Counted from the first letter of the stretch, positions 1 through 9,214 are shown. The stretch is 64,000 nucleotides of DNA from Clostridia bacterium (GCA_017533795.1 JAFWIH010000005.1:130217-194216); one strand, 5' to 3'. Made by a program: numbers and translations. The notes: generated by a model not told the origin, from the letters alone.

Positions 1-295
1 TTTTATTTGCAGCATAAACTGATGTATCTGAATACTCAGATAACGATACATAGCTGCCTGTTCCAGTTGATAATGTTCCAGCTGGCTGTGAGTTTGAAGT
101 TCCTAACAATTTTTCTTTGATAGAAGGTACACCAAAACATGTACCAATAACTAAAGAACATCCTATAATTCCACTAAAAAAAGGGATAATAACAGCTTTA
201 GAAAAACTATTTTTATTGTTTTTGTTAAAACCAATATTAGAATAATTTTTTATAGCTTGAAAAGTATTCTTGTTTTCTACATTTTCTTTATCCAT
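1..295 (-). CDS. 5' part of a membrane-anchored protein whose gene runs off the left edge. Possibly an HtrA/S1C-type protease, but 98 aa cannot support a function.
   Basis: ATG at 295 with GGAGG at 303-307 (reverse strand). Translation MDKENVENKN...IIPFFSGIIGCSLVIGTCFG shows one TM helix followed by a Ser/Thr/Gly-rich linker. The frame stays open to position 1. Confidence 0.45.
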   Translation of the reverse strand, partial: MDKENVENKNTFQAIKNYSNIGFNKNNKNSFSKAVIIPFFSGIIGCSLVIGTCFGVPSIKEKLLGTSNSQPAGTLSTGTGSYVSLSEYSDTSVYAANK

Positions 296-426
296 TGTAA
301 AACCTCCTAAATAATCTATAGACATTATATTACAACACAAATGTGAAAGAAATGTGAAAAAAATGAAAAAAATTATTGTAAAAAAAAAAATATACATATA
401 TAATAATGAAATAGAAGGAGAGAAAA

Positions 427-918
427 ATGAAGAAAAATAATAATAGTGGAATAACATTAATAGCATTAATAATTACAATAATAATAATATTTATTATTGC
501 TGCAATTACAGTATATGAAGGTTCAAAATTAGTTGATGAAGCCAAATATGAGGATGTAAAAACTAATATGCTATTAATTCAAGCTGAAATTAAAAATTAT
601 GTAGAACAAGCAAAATTTGAAAATAAAACAATACAAGACATAACAACAAATGGTATAGCAGTAGAAGGAAAAGCAACATTAACAATTGCAGAACCAAGCA
701 ATCCTAATTTAGTTGTTGTTGATAATGAGCATTTATATAAAATAACAACAACAATGTCAGATTTAAAATTGAGTAATATAGATGCTGAAAAGTATTTAAT
801 AGTAATTTATACAGATTCAGAAAACAAAAAACTTACCGGGGATGTAGATGTATATTTTGTGCCTGGATTTGACAGTATAAATGGAGAAGATATACATTTT
901 CTATCAGAAATGGAATAA
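427..918 (+). CDS. Type IV pilin-like protein with a prepilin-type N-terminus; an orphan copy outside the pilus cluster
   Basis: N-terminus MKKNNNSG/ITLIALIITIIIIFII is a class III signal-like motif, nearly identical to the pilA N-terminus at 16636. AGGAG lies upstream. Confidence 0.7.
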   Translation: MKKNNNSGITLIALIITIIIIFIIAAITVYEGSKLVDEAKYEDVKTNMLLIQAEIKNYVEQAKFENKTIQDITTNGIAVEGKATLTIAEPSNPNLVVVDNEHLYKITTTMSDLKLSNIDAEKYLIVIYTDSENKKLTGDVDVYFVPGFDSINGEDIHFLSEME

Positions 919-940
919 AAAATACTAGAGGTTATATTTT

Positions 941-1567
941 ATGAAAGAAAAAGAGCTAGAAAGATTAACAAACCTAAAACAAATAGAAAAAAGTGTTTAT
1001 AAAGAAGGATACAAACTTATCTGTGGAATAGACGAGGCGGGGAGAGGCCCTTTGGCAGGCCCTGTAGTAGTGGCAAGTGTTATAATGCCAAAAGATTCTA
1101 TGATAGAAGGAGTAAATGATTCTAAAAAAATATCAGAAAAAAAACGAGAAAAATTATATGATTTAATTACGGCTGAAGCAGTCAGTTATGGGGTAGGTAT
1201 AATTTCTCAGGAAGAGATAGATGAAATAAATATTTTAAATGCAACTAAAAAAGGACTTACAGATTCTTTAAAAGAGTTAAAAACAAAACCAGACATAATA
1301 CTGGTTGATGCACTAAGAGACATAGATACATTAAAAATTCCTTATAGGTCTGTGATAAAAGGAGATGCAAAAATATACTCAATTGCGTGTGCATCAATAA
1401 TTGCAAAGGTTACAAGAGATAGAATAATGAGGGAATGGGATAAAATATATCCACAATATGGCTTTTCATCACATAAGGGATATGGAACAGCAAAACATAT
1501 ATCTGCAATTAAAGAATATGGACTGAGTCCATTACATAGAAAAAGCTTTACACAAAAGTTTATTTAA
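941..1567 (+). CDS. rnhB: Ribonuclease HII
   Basis: The GIDEAGRGPLAGPVV catalytic motif and the 208-aa length are typical of RNase HII. Confidence 0.93.
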   Translation: MKEKELERLTNLKQIEKSVYKEGYKLICGIDEAGRGPLAGPVVVASVIMPKDSMIEGVNDSKKISEKKREKLYDLITAEAVSYGVGIISQEEIDEINILNATKKGLTDSLKELKTKPDIILVDALRDIDTLKIPYRSVIKGDAKIYSIACASIIAKVTRDRIMREWDKIYPQYGFSSHKGYGTAKHISAIKEYGLSPLHRKSFTQKFI

Positions 1568-1596
1568 ATCATTGTATTATAGAAAGGAAGAGAAAA

Positions 1597-1740
1597 ATGA
1601 GCGAAAAAGAGCAAAATGAAAAAAAGAGAAAAAGAGTTGATAAATCTCAACTTGCAATAAAAATAGTTGCAACATTTTTAACATTAGCAATGGTGCTTCC
1701 AATTATAGCATCAGCAATACTTTATATAGTAGGAGAATAA
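1597..1740 (+). CDS. Small (47 aa) single-TM protein immediately upstream of cdaA; too short for the ORF track
   Basis: ATG at 1597 follows AAGGAAGAG. Translation MSEKEQNEKKRKRVDKSQLAIKIVATFLTLAMVLPIIASAILYIVGE. The stop lies 1 nt before the cdaA ATG. Confidence 0.45.
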   Translation: MSEKEQNEKKRKRVDKSQLAIKIVATFLTLAMVLPIIASAILYIVGE

Positions 1741-1741
1741 T

Positions 1742-2644
1742 ATGGAAAATATAAGTACATTGATACATAATTTTTATGAACAAAATTTACAAATATATCA
1801 ACAATATCCAATAAAACTAATAACACTTATTATAGATATTACAATGGTTATTTTTTTAGCTATTCAATTAGTAAAAATAGTAAAAGATTCTAGAGCTTGG
1901 CAACTTGCTAAGGGAATATTATTTTTAATAATTGCAAATGGACTAAGTGCGTTATTTGGACTAAACATTTTACATTATATATTATCTGCAGTAATGAATT
2001 GGGGAGTAATATTATTAATTATAATTTTTCAACCAGAACTTAGAAGAGCACTGGAACAATTAGGAACAAGTAAATTTACAAAGTATTTTGGAATTGATAA
2101 GGATATTATAACAAAAACTAAGGAAGATATCTATAAAATTGTTATTGCAGCAACAGAACTTGCAAAAGAAAAAAAGGGTGCGCTTATAGTTATAGAAAGA
2201 GACATAGAAATAAAAGATATTGTTGCAACAGGGGTAAAAATAGATGCAGAAGTTTCGCCACAGCTATTGGTAAATATATTTGAGCCAAACACTCCTTTAC
2301 ACGATGGAGCAGTAATAATTGGAAATAATAAAATAGAAGCTGCTGCATGCATGCTTCCATTATCGCAAAATAAAAATATCTCAACAGCTTTAGGAACAAG
2401 ACATAGAGCTGCAATAGGAATGTCAAAGGAATCTGATAGTTTAGTTGTAGTTGTTTCTGAAGAAACTGGAAAAATATCTGTTGCAAAAGATGGAAACTTG
2501 ATAGCAGATGTAAGAGAAGATACTTTAAAGAAAATACTAATCAGTAATGTTGTAACTAAAAGATTTGTACCACAAGAGCAACCACAAGTAAGACTTAAAA
2601 AGATTATAGGAGAGTTTTATGAGAAACATAAAATTAAAAATTGA
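1742..2644 (+). CDS. cdaA: Diadenylate cyclase CdaA (membrane-bound, DisA_N domain)
   Basis: Three N-terminal TM helices plus the motifs LHDGAVII and LGTRHRAAIG...VVVSEETGKISVA. Confidence 0.92.
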   Translation: MENISTLIHNFYEQNLQIYQQYPIKLITLIIDITMVIFLAIQLVKIVKDSRAWQLAKGILFLIIANGLSALFGLNILHYILSAVMNWGVILLIIIFQPELRRALEQLGTSKFTKYFGIDKDIITKTKEDIYKIVIAATELAKEKKGALIVIERDIEIKDIVATGVKIDAEVSPQLLVNIFEPNTPLHDGAVIIGNNKIEAAACMLPLSQNKNISTALGTRHRAAIGMSKESDSLVVVVSEETGKISVAKDGNLIADVREDTLKKILISNVVTKRFVPQEQPQVRLKKIIGEFYEKHKIKN

Positions 2645-3354
2645 ATATGATGGCAAGGACTTTAACCGGATGGCAAAAACAACCAAACAAACTTAACATA
2701 CAGGGAACAATAGAAAAAGCCATTGAAAGCATAGTTGGACATACTGTTAATTTAACCGCATCTGGAAGAACAGATGCGGGTGTTCATGCTTTAGGACAAG
2801 TTGCAAATTTTAAAACAGATTCACAAATACCAATAGAAAAATTTGCAGTTGCAATAAATTCTAGACTAAAAAAATCAATAGTAGTAAAAAGTGCAGAAGA
2901 AGTAGAAGAAAGATTTCATAGCAGACTTAATTGTAAGCGAAAGACATACAGATATATAATTAATAATTCAAGTCAAGGAACAGCTATATATAGAAATTTA
3001 GAATACCATATTTCAAACAAATTAGATGTAGAAAAGATGAAAGAAGCTGCAAAGTTTTTTGAGGGAGAGCATGATTTTAAAGCTTTTAAAGCAAGTGGAA
3101 CAAGTAGCAAAAGTAGTGTAAGAACAATTTATAATGCAGATGTTACTAAGGTAGATGACAAAATATATATAGAACTAACAGGAAGCGGCTTTTTATACAA
3201 TATGGTCAGAATAATAGCAGGAACACTTGTAGAAGTTGGAATAGGAAAGATGAATCCGGAAAATATAAAACAAATAATAGAATCTAAAAAAAGAGAAAAT
3301 GCTGGAAAAACATTGCCTGCACACGGACTTTATTTGGTTGAAGTAGAATATTAA
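2619..3354 (+). CDS. truA: tRNA pseudouridine(38-40) synthase TruA. It is intact only if a +1 shift is made at the in-frame CGG at 2667.
   Basis: ATG 2619 (SD AGGAG) encodes MRNIKLKIEYDGKDFN in frame 0. The conserved GWQKQPN...GRTDAGVHALGQ continues in frame +1, matching track ORF 2641..3354. Confidence 0.85.
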
Positions 3355-3422
3355 AAATAGTAACAAAACAAACAGACTATTCATAAAATGTAATAAAATT
3401 TTGAGAAAAGGAGAGGGGTTTT

Positions 3423-3809
3423 ATGAATAATCTGCTTGTTTTTTTTGCTTTGCCATTAGCAACAATCATAATTGCTATTGTATTAGAAAGAATATGGAAA
3501 AACTACATATTAGTAACTTTATTTACATTTGCGGTATATCTAATAGTAGCATTTGCTTTAGGTGATGCTACGCTTCTAGTTCTAGTAATTATTTATACAT
3601 TCTTAGCGTTTGTTGCAGCATTCTTAAGTATGGCATTTAGAAAAATAAACAAAAAACTAAAATGTTTAGAAGAAACAGAAAATTGTACAAATAATTGTAA
3701 TAATTCTAACAATACACAAAACCTAGCAATTAACGCTAGGGTTACGCCAAATTCATCAACTAATGGAAGAACAGGCTCATTTAGAGGTCAATATAGAAGA
3801 AGATTTTAA
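3423..3809 (+). CDS. Hypothetical membrane protein (3 TM helices, Asn/Cys-rich tail)
   Basis: ORF with GGAGAGGGG upstream and a hydrophobic N-terminal half. No recognisable domain. Confidence 0.5.
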   Translation: MNNLLVFFALPLATIIIAIVLERIWKNYILVTLFTFAVYLIVAFALGDATLLVLVIIYTFLAFVAAFLSMAFRKINKKLKCLEETENCTNNCNNSNNTQNLAINARVTPNSSTNGRTGSFRGQYRRRF

Positions 3810-3894
3810 AAAAATTTCTTAAAATACTTGTTTTTTAGCTGTTTTTGTAGGATAATATATATGTAGGTTTTTAAAATGAAAGGATACTACGTAT

Positions 3895-6186
3895 ATGAAG
3901 TTAATAGATAAATTTTTGAAGAAATTAAATACTAGTAGAAATACATTTGCTACATATATATTAACCTTAATATCTATATATTTGGCAGTAGATAGAATTA
4001 CTGAAATGTTAATAATGATTTTCTCGGGAGTTTCGATATCATATTGGGGGCCATTTAAATATACAATTGCAATGGCATGTGTTGTGTTTGCATACCTATT
4101 CTCAATACAATCAGAATTTGGAAAATCTAAAAACGTTAAGATAACTCTTTTCTATGTATATGTAATAGGTTTATATGTAATGGCAATTTCTATGATTACA
4201 CAATGGGTAAACGAACTTGCCTGGTTATTATTCTTATCTGTACCAAATTACACGGGAATAATATCTGAGTTTTCTGATTTAGTAAAACCAGCATTCACTG
4301 CTCTAGCATTATATTTTCCATTAGTTACAGTTCTTCCAATAATAAAGAAAATAGTGCTTGGTGTTAATGACAGTACAGAGATGAAACGTTCTTTATGGGA
4401 CTTTAAAGGAATAAACTTAACAGAAAGCAAAGAAGGAAAAGGACCATATTCATACGAAATGTTTATGTTTTCAGATAAAGAAACAGGAAAGCCTGTAAAG
4501 ATGCTAGAATCTAAAAGATTTCAACCAACATTGGTATGTGGTGCTTCTGGTACAGGAAAAACATCTTTAATATTTGAACCTATGATGGCAAGAGATATAG
4601 AAAAGAAGTTTTTCTTTAGAGAAGTTTCAAAAGAAATGGGATTTACAGCATTAAAAACAGGAATTGCTACATTAAGGTCACCATATAATAATGAATACAT
4701 TAACGAAAACTTTAGTTTAAATATGCTAGTGCCAAAAGAAGAAAAAGAAAAAGTATTTAAAGCATATATGAAAAAACTTATAGTATCAGATTCAGATAGT
4801 CTTATATACAAAAATATAGGAATAACTTGTATGGCCCCAGACTTTGAAGTTATATCACATATGATGGATGTATGTGAAAACTTCAAAATAAAGTATAATT
4901 TAATAGATCCTTCAAGCAACTCGTCAATGGGATTAAATCCATTTATCTATAAGGATCCATCAAAAATTGCAACAACAGTTTCATCTGTACTTAAAGGAAT
5001 GTACCTTTCAAAAAATGCAGAAAAAGAAGATGCATACAGTGAAGATGTAACATTACAAGCTGTTGAGAATTTAACAATATTATTAAAAGAAATATATCCA
5101 AGAATGAATGAGGGAGCTTTACCTAATTTAGAGGATATGTTAAAATTGCTAATAAACTTTGAGTTAGTTGAAAAAATGTGTAAAATACTTGAAGCTGACA
5201 ATAAATTAGCAGAAAAATATGCTATACAACTTGCATATTTTAAGAGGAATTTCTTTAAAGATGGAGTCGCAAGACAAGATACAGAAAGAGCAATTTCTAC
5301 ATCTGTTTCACAGCTAGATAATTTACTTAGAATTCCAGGAGTAAAAAGTGTGCTATGTAACAGACATGAAAATATAAACTTTGATGATATGCTTGCTAAT
5401 GGAGATGTTACATTTGTATGCACAAGAAGAGGAGAACTTGGTGCGACAGCACATAAAGCATTTGGATTGTTTTTCTTATTATCAATGCAAAATTCAGTAT
5501 TAAGCAGACCTGGATTTGAAAGTACTAGAATACCAAACATATTGTATATAGATGAATTTGCAGATTTCGTAGGAAAATCAACAGAATCATTATTTACAAT
5601 GTATCGTAAGTATAGAGTAGGTGTAGTAGTATCAGCTCAAAGTTTGGCACAATTTGGAGAAGAACACTCTAGATTTAGAGAAAATATTTTAGCAAACTGT
5701 AGAAGCAAAATATTTACAGGTGGGACTACACCAGATGAGGCTGAATGGTGGATGCATGAATTTAATAGAAGAAGAAAATGGAGCTACTCTAAAGACTTGG
5801 ATGTTAAAAATGGTAAAATTGAATACAATTCTAAATACGGAGGAGTAAAATATGATTGGGAAGACTATTTTAAACCTGGCAGATTATTAGGACTTGGATT
5901 TAAGCAATGCGCATATGAAATAGCTTCAGATAAAAAGCCATTCTATGGTGAAGGCGTATTAAACTTCATGGATTCAAAATACAAAGAACCACAATCAATA
6001 AAAAGATATGACTTTGACAGATTTAGTGATAAAGACAATGGTAGAGATGACACATATATAAGTGGTAAAAAAGTAGTTAATGATGATAGTGACAGCCCAG
6101 TTAAAACAGATACAAGTGACTCAAAATATTTCTATGATAACCAAGATGCGGTTTCATATAAACTACCTAGAAGAGGAAAAAAATAA
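3895..6186 (+). CDS. TraG/TraD/VirD4-family P-loop ATPase with a polytopic N-terminal membrane domain
   Basis: Walker A VCGASGTGKTS, Walker B ILYIDEFADF, followed by VVVSAQSLAQFG (TraG-D_C-like). About 5 N-terminal TM segments. Confidence 0.7.
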   Translation: MKLIDKFLKKLNTSRNTFATYILTLISIYLAVDRITEMLIMIFSGVSISYWGPFKYTIAMACVVFAYLFSIQSEFGKSKNVKITLFYVYVIGLYVMAISMITQWVNELAWLLFLSVPNYTGIISEFSDLVKPAFTALALYFPLVTVLPIIKKIVLGVNDSTEMKRSLWDFKGINLTESKEGKGPYSYEMFMFSDKETGKPVKMLESKRFQPTLVCGASGTGKTSLIFEPMMARDIEKKFFFREVSKEMGFTALKTGIATLRSPYNNEYINENFSLNMLVPKEEKEKVFKAYMKKLIVSDSDSLIYKNIGITCMAPDFEVISHMMDVCENFKIKYNLIDPSSNSSMGLNPFIYKDPSKIATTVSSVLKGMYLSKNAEKEDAYSEDVTLQAVENLTILLKEIYPRMNEGALPNLEDMLKLLINFELVEKMCKILEADNKLAEKYAIQLAYFKRNFFKDGVARQDTERAISTSVSQLDNLLRIPGVKSVLCNRHENINFDDMLANGDVTFVCTRRGELGATAHKAFGLFFLLSMQNSVLSRPGFESTRIPNILYIDEFADFVGKSTESLFTMYRKYRVGVVVSAQSLAQFGEEHSRFRENILANCRSKIFTGGTTPDEAEWWMHEFNRRRKWSYSKDLDVKNGKIEYNSKYGGVKYDWEDYFKPGRLLGLGFKQCAYEIASDKKPFYGEGVLNFMDSKYKEPQSIKRYDFDRFSDKDNGRDDTYISGKKVVNDDSDSPVKTDTSDSKYFYDNQDAVSYKLPRRGKK

Positions 6187-6223
6187 TTAAGTTTTATGTT
6201 CCAAAAGTATTAAAAATTTCATA

Positions 6224-6272
6224 AAAAATTACTCTACCCAAAAAATAATTAATTGGGTAGAGTAAATTTTTT
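6224..6272. terminator. Bidirectional intrinsic terminator between convergent genes
   Basis: 12-bp perfect stem TTACTCTACCCA / TGGGTAGAGTAA, flanked by an A-run on the left and a T-run on the right. Confidence 0.65.
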
Positions 6273-6275
6273 GTA

Positions 6276-7307
6276 CTATTTCTTCCAGCATTGAGGATCA
6301 GAAGCATAAAAGTTTCCTGTTAAACATTTGGCAACTGAAGGGCAACCCCTACAAAAATTTCTGAGTTGACAATTTGCACACTTTGAAAACTTATCATACT
6401 GTCGATACTCTTCCATCTTTTTGCCCCAGAATATATCATAAAAAGAATCATGCAAAGCGTTTCCAATAGGTGTTTTGCTCCTTCTACATGCATATACTGT
6501 GCCATCTGTTAACAATGTCATGTGGCATATTCCACAGTGGCATCCGTCCAATATAAGATTTTCCGAATTTTCAACACAGGAAATGTCAAACAAGCCTTTT
6601 TCATATAGAAAAAGCTTCCAAAGATGATCCTTGAGCGAGAAAAAAGTGTTACATCCGGTATGCTCTACATATTTATTCCACATTAGTTCAAGAAAATCAT
6701 GATATTCGTCAGGAGATGGTAAGAATTCATATCCATCTGGATTAGGACAATATCGTGCAAAAGCGAATCGATTAGCTCCGTGCTCTACAACAATATCAAC
6801 TAAATCAGGTAATTCGTTCATATTAATTGTTGATACTGTGGCCATAATTGTAGCTGTTATGCCTGCTTCTTTTAAACAATCAATTTTTTGCAAAGTTTCT
6901 TTAAAAGAGCCTGGCTTACGCATATAATCATGAGTTTGCTCTAATCCATCTAAAGACATTTGATAGGTATGACACCCTAAGCTTTTCAGTTTTGAAGCAA
7001 CTTCACTATCTAAATGAAATGGATTACCTAATATAGAAAATGATATTCCATTTGAATGTAGTAAATCAAGGAACTCCCAAATATTTTTGTACAGCAGTGG
7101 GTCTCCGCCAGTAATAGACATGGTTGGTCTTCTATCACACTCTTCACAAAAACTAATGTAATTGTAAAGAAGGTGCTTCATATCATCCATCTCTAAATCT
7201 GGTGTTGAACATTTAGCACCGTTACCATACAAATAACAATGTTTACACCTTTGATCGCATTTTTCCGTAATATGCCATTGTAAACCAAATGCTTGTTTTT
7301 CACACAT
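6276..7307 (-). CDS. Radical SAM enzyme with a C-terminal SPASM-type Cys cluster (peptide maturase)
   Basis: CDQRCKHC (CxxxCxxC) near the N-terminus. C-terminal CANCQLRNFCRGCPSVAKCLTG...DPQCW. A Cys-rich small ORF lies immediately upstream. Confidence 0.85.
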   Translation of the reverse strand: MCEKQAFGLQWHITEKCDQRCKHCYLYGNGAKCSTPDLEMDDMKHLLYNYISFCEECDRRPTMSITGGDPLLYKNIWEFLDLLHSNGISFSILGNPFHLDSEVASKLKSLGCHTYQMSLDGLEQTHDYMRKPGSFKETLQKIDCLKEAGITATIMATVSTINMNELPDLVDIVVEHGANRFAFARYCPNPDGYEFLPSPDEYHDFLELMWNKYVEHTGCNTFFSLKDHLWKLFLYEKGLFDISCVENSENLILDGCHCGICHMTLLTDGTVYACRRSKTPIGNALHDSFYDIFWGKKMEEYRQYDKFSKCANCQLRNFCRGCPSVAKCLTGNFYASDPQCWKK

Positions 7308-7333
7308 AATAACTACATCCCTAATCTGGTCAA

Positions 7334-7363
7334 TGTGGTGAGTCCCTTTATGGACTCACCACA
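7334..7363 (-). promoter_or_regulatory. Stem-loop between the precursor peptide gene and the maturase gene
   Basis: 12-bp perfect inverted repeat TGTGGTGAGTCC / GGACTCACCACA with a 6-nt loop. No U-tract follows it. Confidence 0.55.
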
Positions 7364-7396
7364 TATCATATACACGTACTACCTAGAACTCAATGA

Positions 7397-7564
7397 TTAA
7401 TCATCACATGCTCCACATCCAGTTTCGCAAGGAGGCTCACATGGCGGAGAAGTCATAGACTTACTGGAATTAACCTTTTTTTGGCTTGACAAATATTGCT
7501 GAAATGATTTTTTGGGGGCATAGACTACTTTGTTTTGCCAATAATTAGCTTTGCTTTTTTTCAT
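7397..7564 (-). CDS. Unannotated 55-aa Cys-rich RiPP precursor candidate
   Basis: ATG at 7564 with AAAGGAA 10 nt upstream. Translation MKKSKANYWQNKVVYAPKKSFQQYLSSQKKVNSSKSMTSPPCEPPCETGCGACDD. Same strand as the rSAM gene and 89 nt upstream of it. Confidence 0.65.
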   Translation of the reverse strand: MKKSKANYWQNKVVYAPKKSFQQYLSSQKKVNSSKSMTSPPCEPPCETGCGACDD

Positions 7565-7822
7565 GCTAATTCAATTCCTTTCAAACATAGTAAATTTGAT
7601 TTTAATAAGTTAAAAATGGTTTTTAAGCATAACCTCCATTCTTATGCCGAAATGTTACAATTAACTGCAATTCTTATATGCCTCACACCCTTCAAAATAG
7701 TACAATATACAAAAAACTATTAAGTTTTTTGTATATAAGTGAATAGATACAAATCTATTTTAGCACTTTTTACATATTATGTCAACATATGTGATATGTA
7801 CCATCAAACTGTGCATACTAAT

Positions 7823-8425
7823 TCATGAGTTAATTTCATTTAATTTAAAGTCAGAAAGATTGTAACCTAACTCATGTAACTTAGTATGAATCATACTTAA
7901 AGGTAACCCTACAACAGTGTAAAAATCACCTACAATTTTATCTACAAAAAATGAAGTCTTACCAGCAACTGAATATCCGGCCCTGTCTAAAACGTGTTCT
8001 TCATTATTTACGTACCACCAAATATCTTCATCAGAAATTTCTTTTTTAAAAATTACTTCACAGGTATCTGCGAAAGATATTTCTTTATTTTTATATAGGT
8101 CTTTTATAGTAACACCAGTTACAGCATATGTTGTTTTACCTTTCATTTTTTTCATGTTTTCAAAAGCTTCTTGTTTTGTTTTTGGCTTTTCAAAGATATG
8201 ACCATCCATATAAATAATAGAATCTGCAGCTAAAATTAGAGCTGGATCATTTAGTTTTGATGCAACTGAATTTGCTTTTATAAAGGATAAATCCATAACA
8301 TATTGATTAGGTTCTTGTGCATTACTTTCTTCAGGAACATTACTTACTAATATTTCATATTTAAAACCTAACATATTTAAAAGGTCTTGTCTTTGCTTAG
8401 AATTAGATGCTAATATTAATTTCAT
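7823..8425 (-). CDS. maf: Maf-like nucleoside triphosphate pyrophosphatase (septum formation protein Maf)
   Basis: MKLILASNSKQRQDLL is a typical Maf N-terminus. The track ORF start at 8458 is probably 11 codons too long. Confidence 0.88.
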   Translation of the reverse strand: MKLILASNSKQRQDLLNMLGFKYEILVSNVPEESNAQEPNQYVMDLSFIKANSVASKLNDPALILAADSIIYMDGHIFEKPKTKQEAFENMKKMKGKTTYAVTGVTIKDLYKNKEISFADTCEVIFKKEISDEDIWWYVNNEEHVLDRAGYSVAGKTSFFVDKIVGDFYTVVGLPLSMIHTKLHELGYNLSDFKLNEINS

Positions 8426-8496
8426 TTTAATCACTCCAATCTGTATAAAGTATAACATATAATTTGTTATTAGAGGAAGACATTTTATAAAAAAGC

Positions 8497-8525
8497 TTGA
8501 CTAGTGTAAGAAGTGGTGGTATAAT
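8497..8525 (+). promoter_or_regulatory. SigA-type promoter of the infC-rpmI-rplT operon
   Basis: TTGACT (8497-8502), 17-nt spacer, TATAAT (8520-8525). Confidence 0.6.
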
Positions 8526-8529
8526 ATAT

Positions 8530-8655
8530 ATCGTTACAAGAAGAAGTTATCCACTTCTCACCTTATCTTTGTGGAGAAAGGTTAGATAATTCAAGCATAA
8601 TGTTTTTTATTTTTGTGGATTAAATTGACTTGTAACAAAAGTCAATTTTTTTATT
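8530..8655 (+). promoter_or_regulatory. Probable L20-responsive leader with a terminator/attenuator hairpin at 8622-8653
   Basis: Position upstream of infC matches the Firmicute L20 leader. 10-bp stem AAATTGACTT / AAGTCAATTT plus a T-run, directly before the infC SD. Confidence 0.5.
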
Positions 8656-8669
8656 TGGAGGTGTTTTTT

Positions 8670-9179
8670 ATAAAACAAGAATTACCAATTAATGATAGGA
8701 TAAGAGCAAAGGAAGTACAATTAATTAGCGAAACAGGAGAAAAGTTGGGAGTTAAATCATTAACAGAAGCTTTAAATATTGCAGAAGAAAAAGACTTAGA
8801 TGTTGTTTTGGTTGCAACAAATGCTAATCCACCAGTTTGTAAATTAATGAACTATGGTAAATATAAATTTGAGCAAGCAAAACGTGAGAAAGAAGCTAAG
8901 AAAAAGCAAAAAACATTAGAAATTAAAGAGATTAGAATTACTCCTAACATAGAAGAACATGATTTTAGTTTTAAATCTAAAAATGCAAGAAAATTTTTAG
9001 AAGATGGAAACAAGGTAAAAATTACTGTTAGATTCAGAGGAAGAGAATTAAACAACGTTAAAGCAGGTGAAGCTGTTTTAAACAAATTTATTGAAAGTTT
9101 AGAAGACGTTGGAACAGTAGAAAAGAAACCTAAATTAGAAGGTAGAAATATGTTTATTATGCTTGCTAAAAAAGCTTAA
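8670..9179 (+). CDS. infC: Translation initiation factor IF-3, with a probable non-canonical ATA start
   Basis: IKQELPINDRIRAKEVQLI... is typical of IF-3. GGAGGTG at 8657-8663 lies 6 nt before ATA at 8670. The upstream part of the track ORF overlaps the leader hairpin. Confidence 0.88.
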   Translation: MKQELPINDRIRAKEVQLISETGEKLGVKSLTEALNIAEEKDLDVVLVATNANPPVCKLMNYGKYKFEQAKREKEAKKKQKTLEIKEIRITPNIEEHDFSFKSKNARKFLEDGNKVKITVRFRGRELNNVKAGEAVLNKFIESLEDVGTVEKKPKLEGRNMFIMLAKKA

Positions 9180-9214
9180 GTATATATAGAAAAAACGAAA
9201 GGAGTGCTTATATT

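Noticed and set aside
4947-5540. Long antisense ORFs in the track, for example 4947..5540-, 4521..4919-, 21612..22070-, 52476..53015-, 23233..23649- and 9541..9879-.
   Set aside because: They lie opposite well-supported genes, lack an SD, and have low-complexity hydrophobic or Ser/Phe/Ile-rich translations typical of shadow ORFs in AT-rich DNA.
3895-6186. Calling the TraG/VirD4-like gene evidence for an integrated conjugative element.
   Set aside because: No relaxase, VirB4-like ATPase, integrase, replication genes or flanking repeats are present within the window.
7535-7723. Plus-strand ORF of 62 aa.
   Set aside because: It overlaps the start of the Cys-rich precursor gene on the opposite strand and its promoter region. 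It has no SD and a junk-like sequence.
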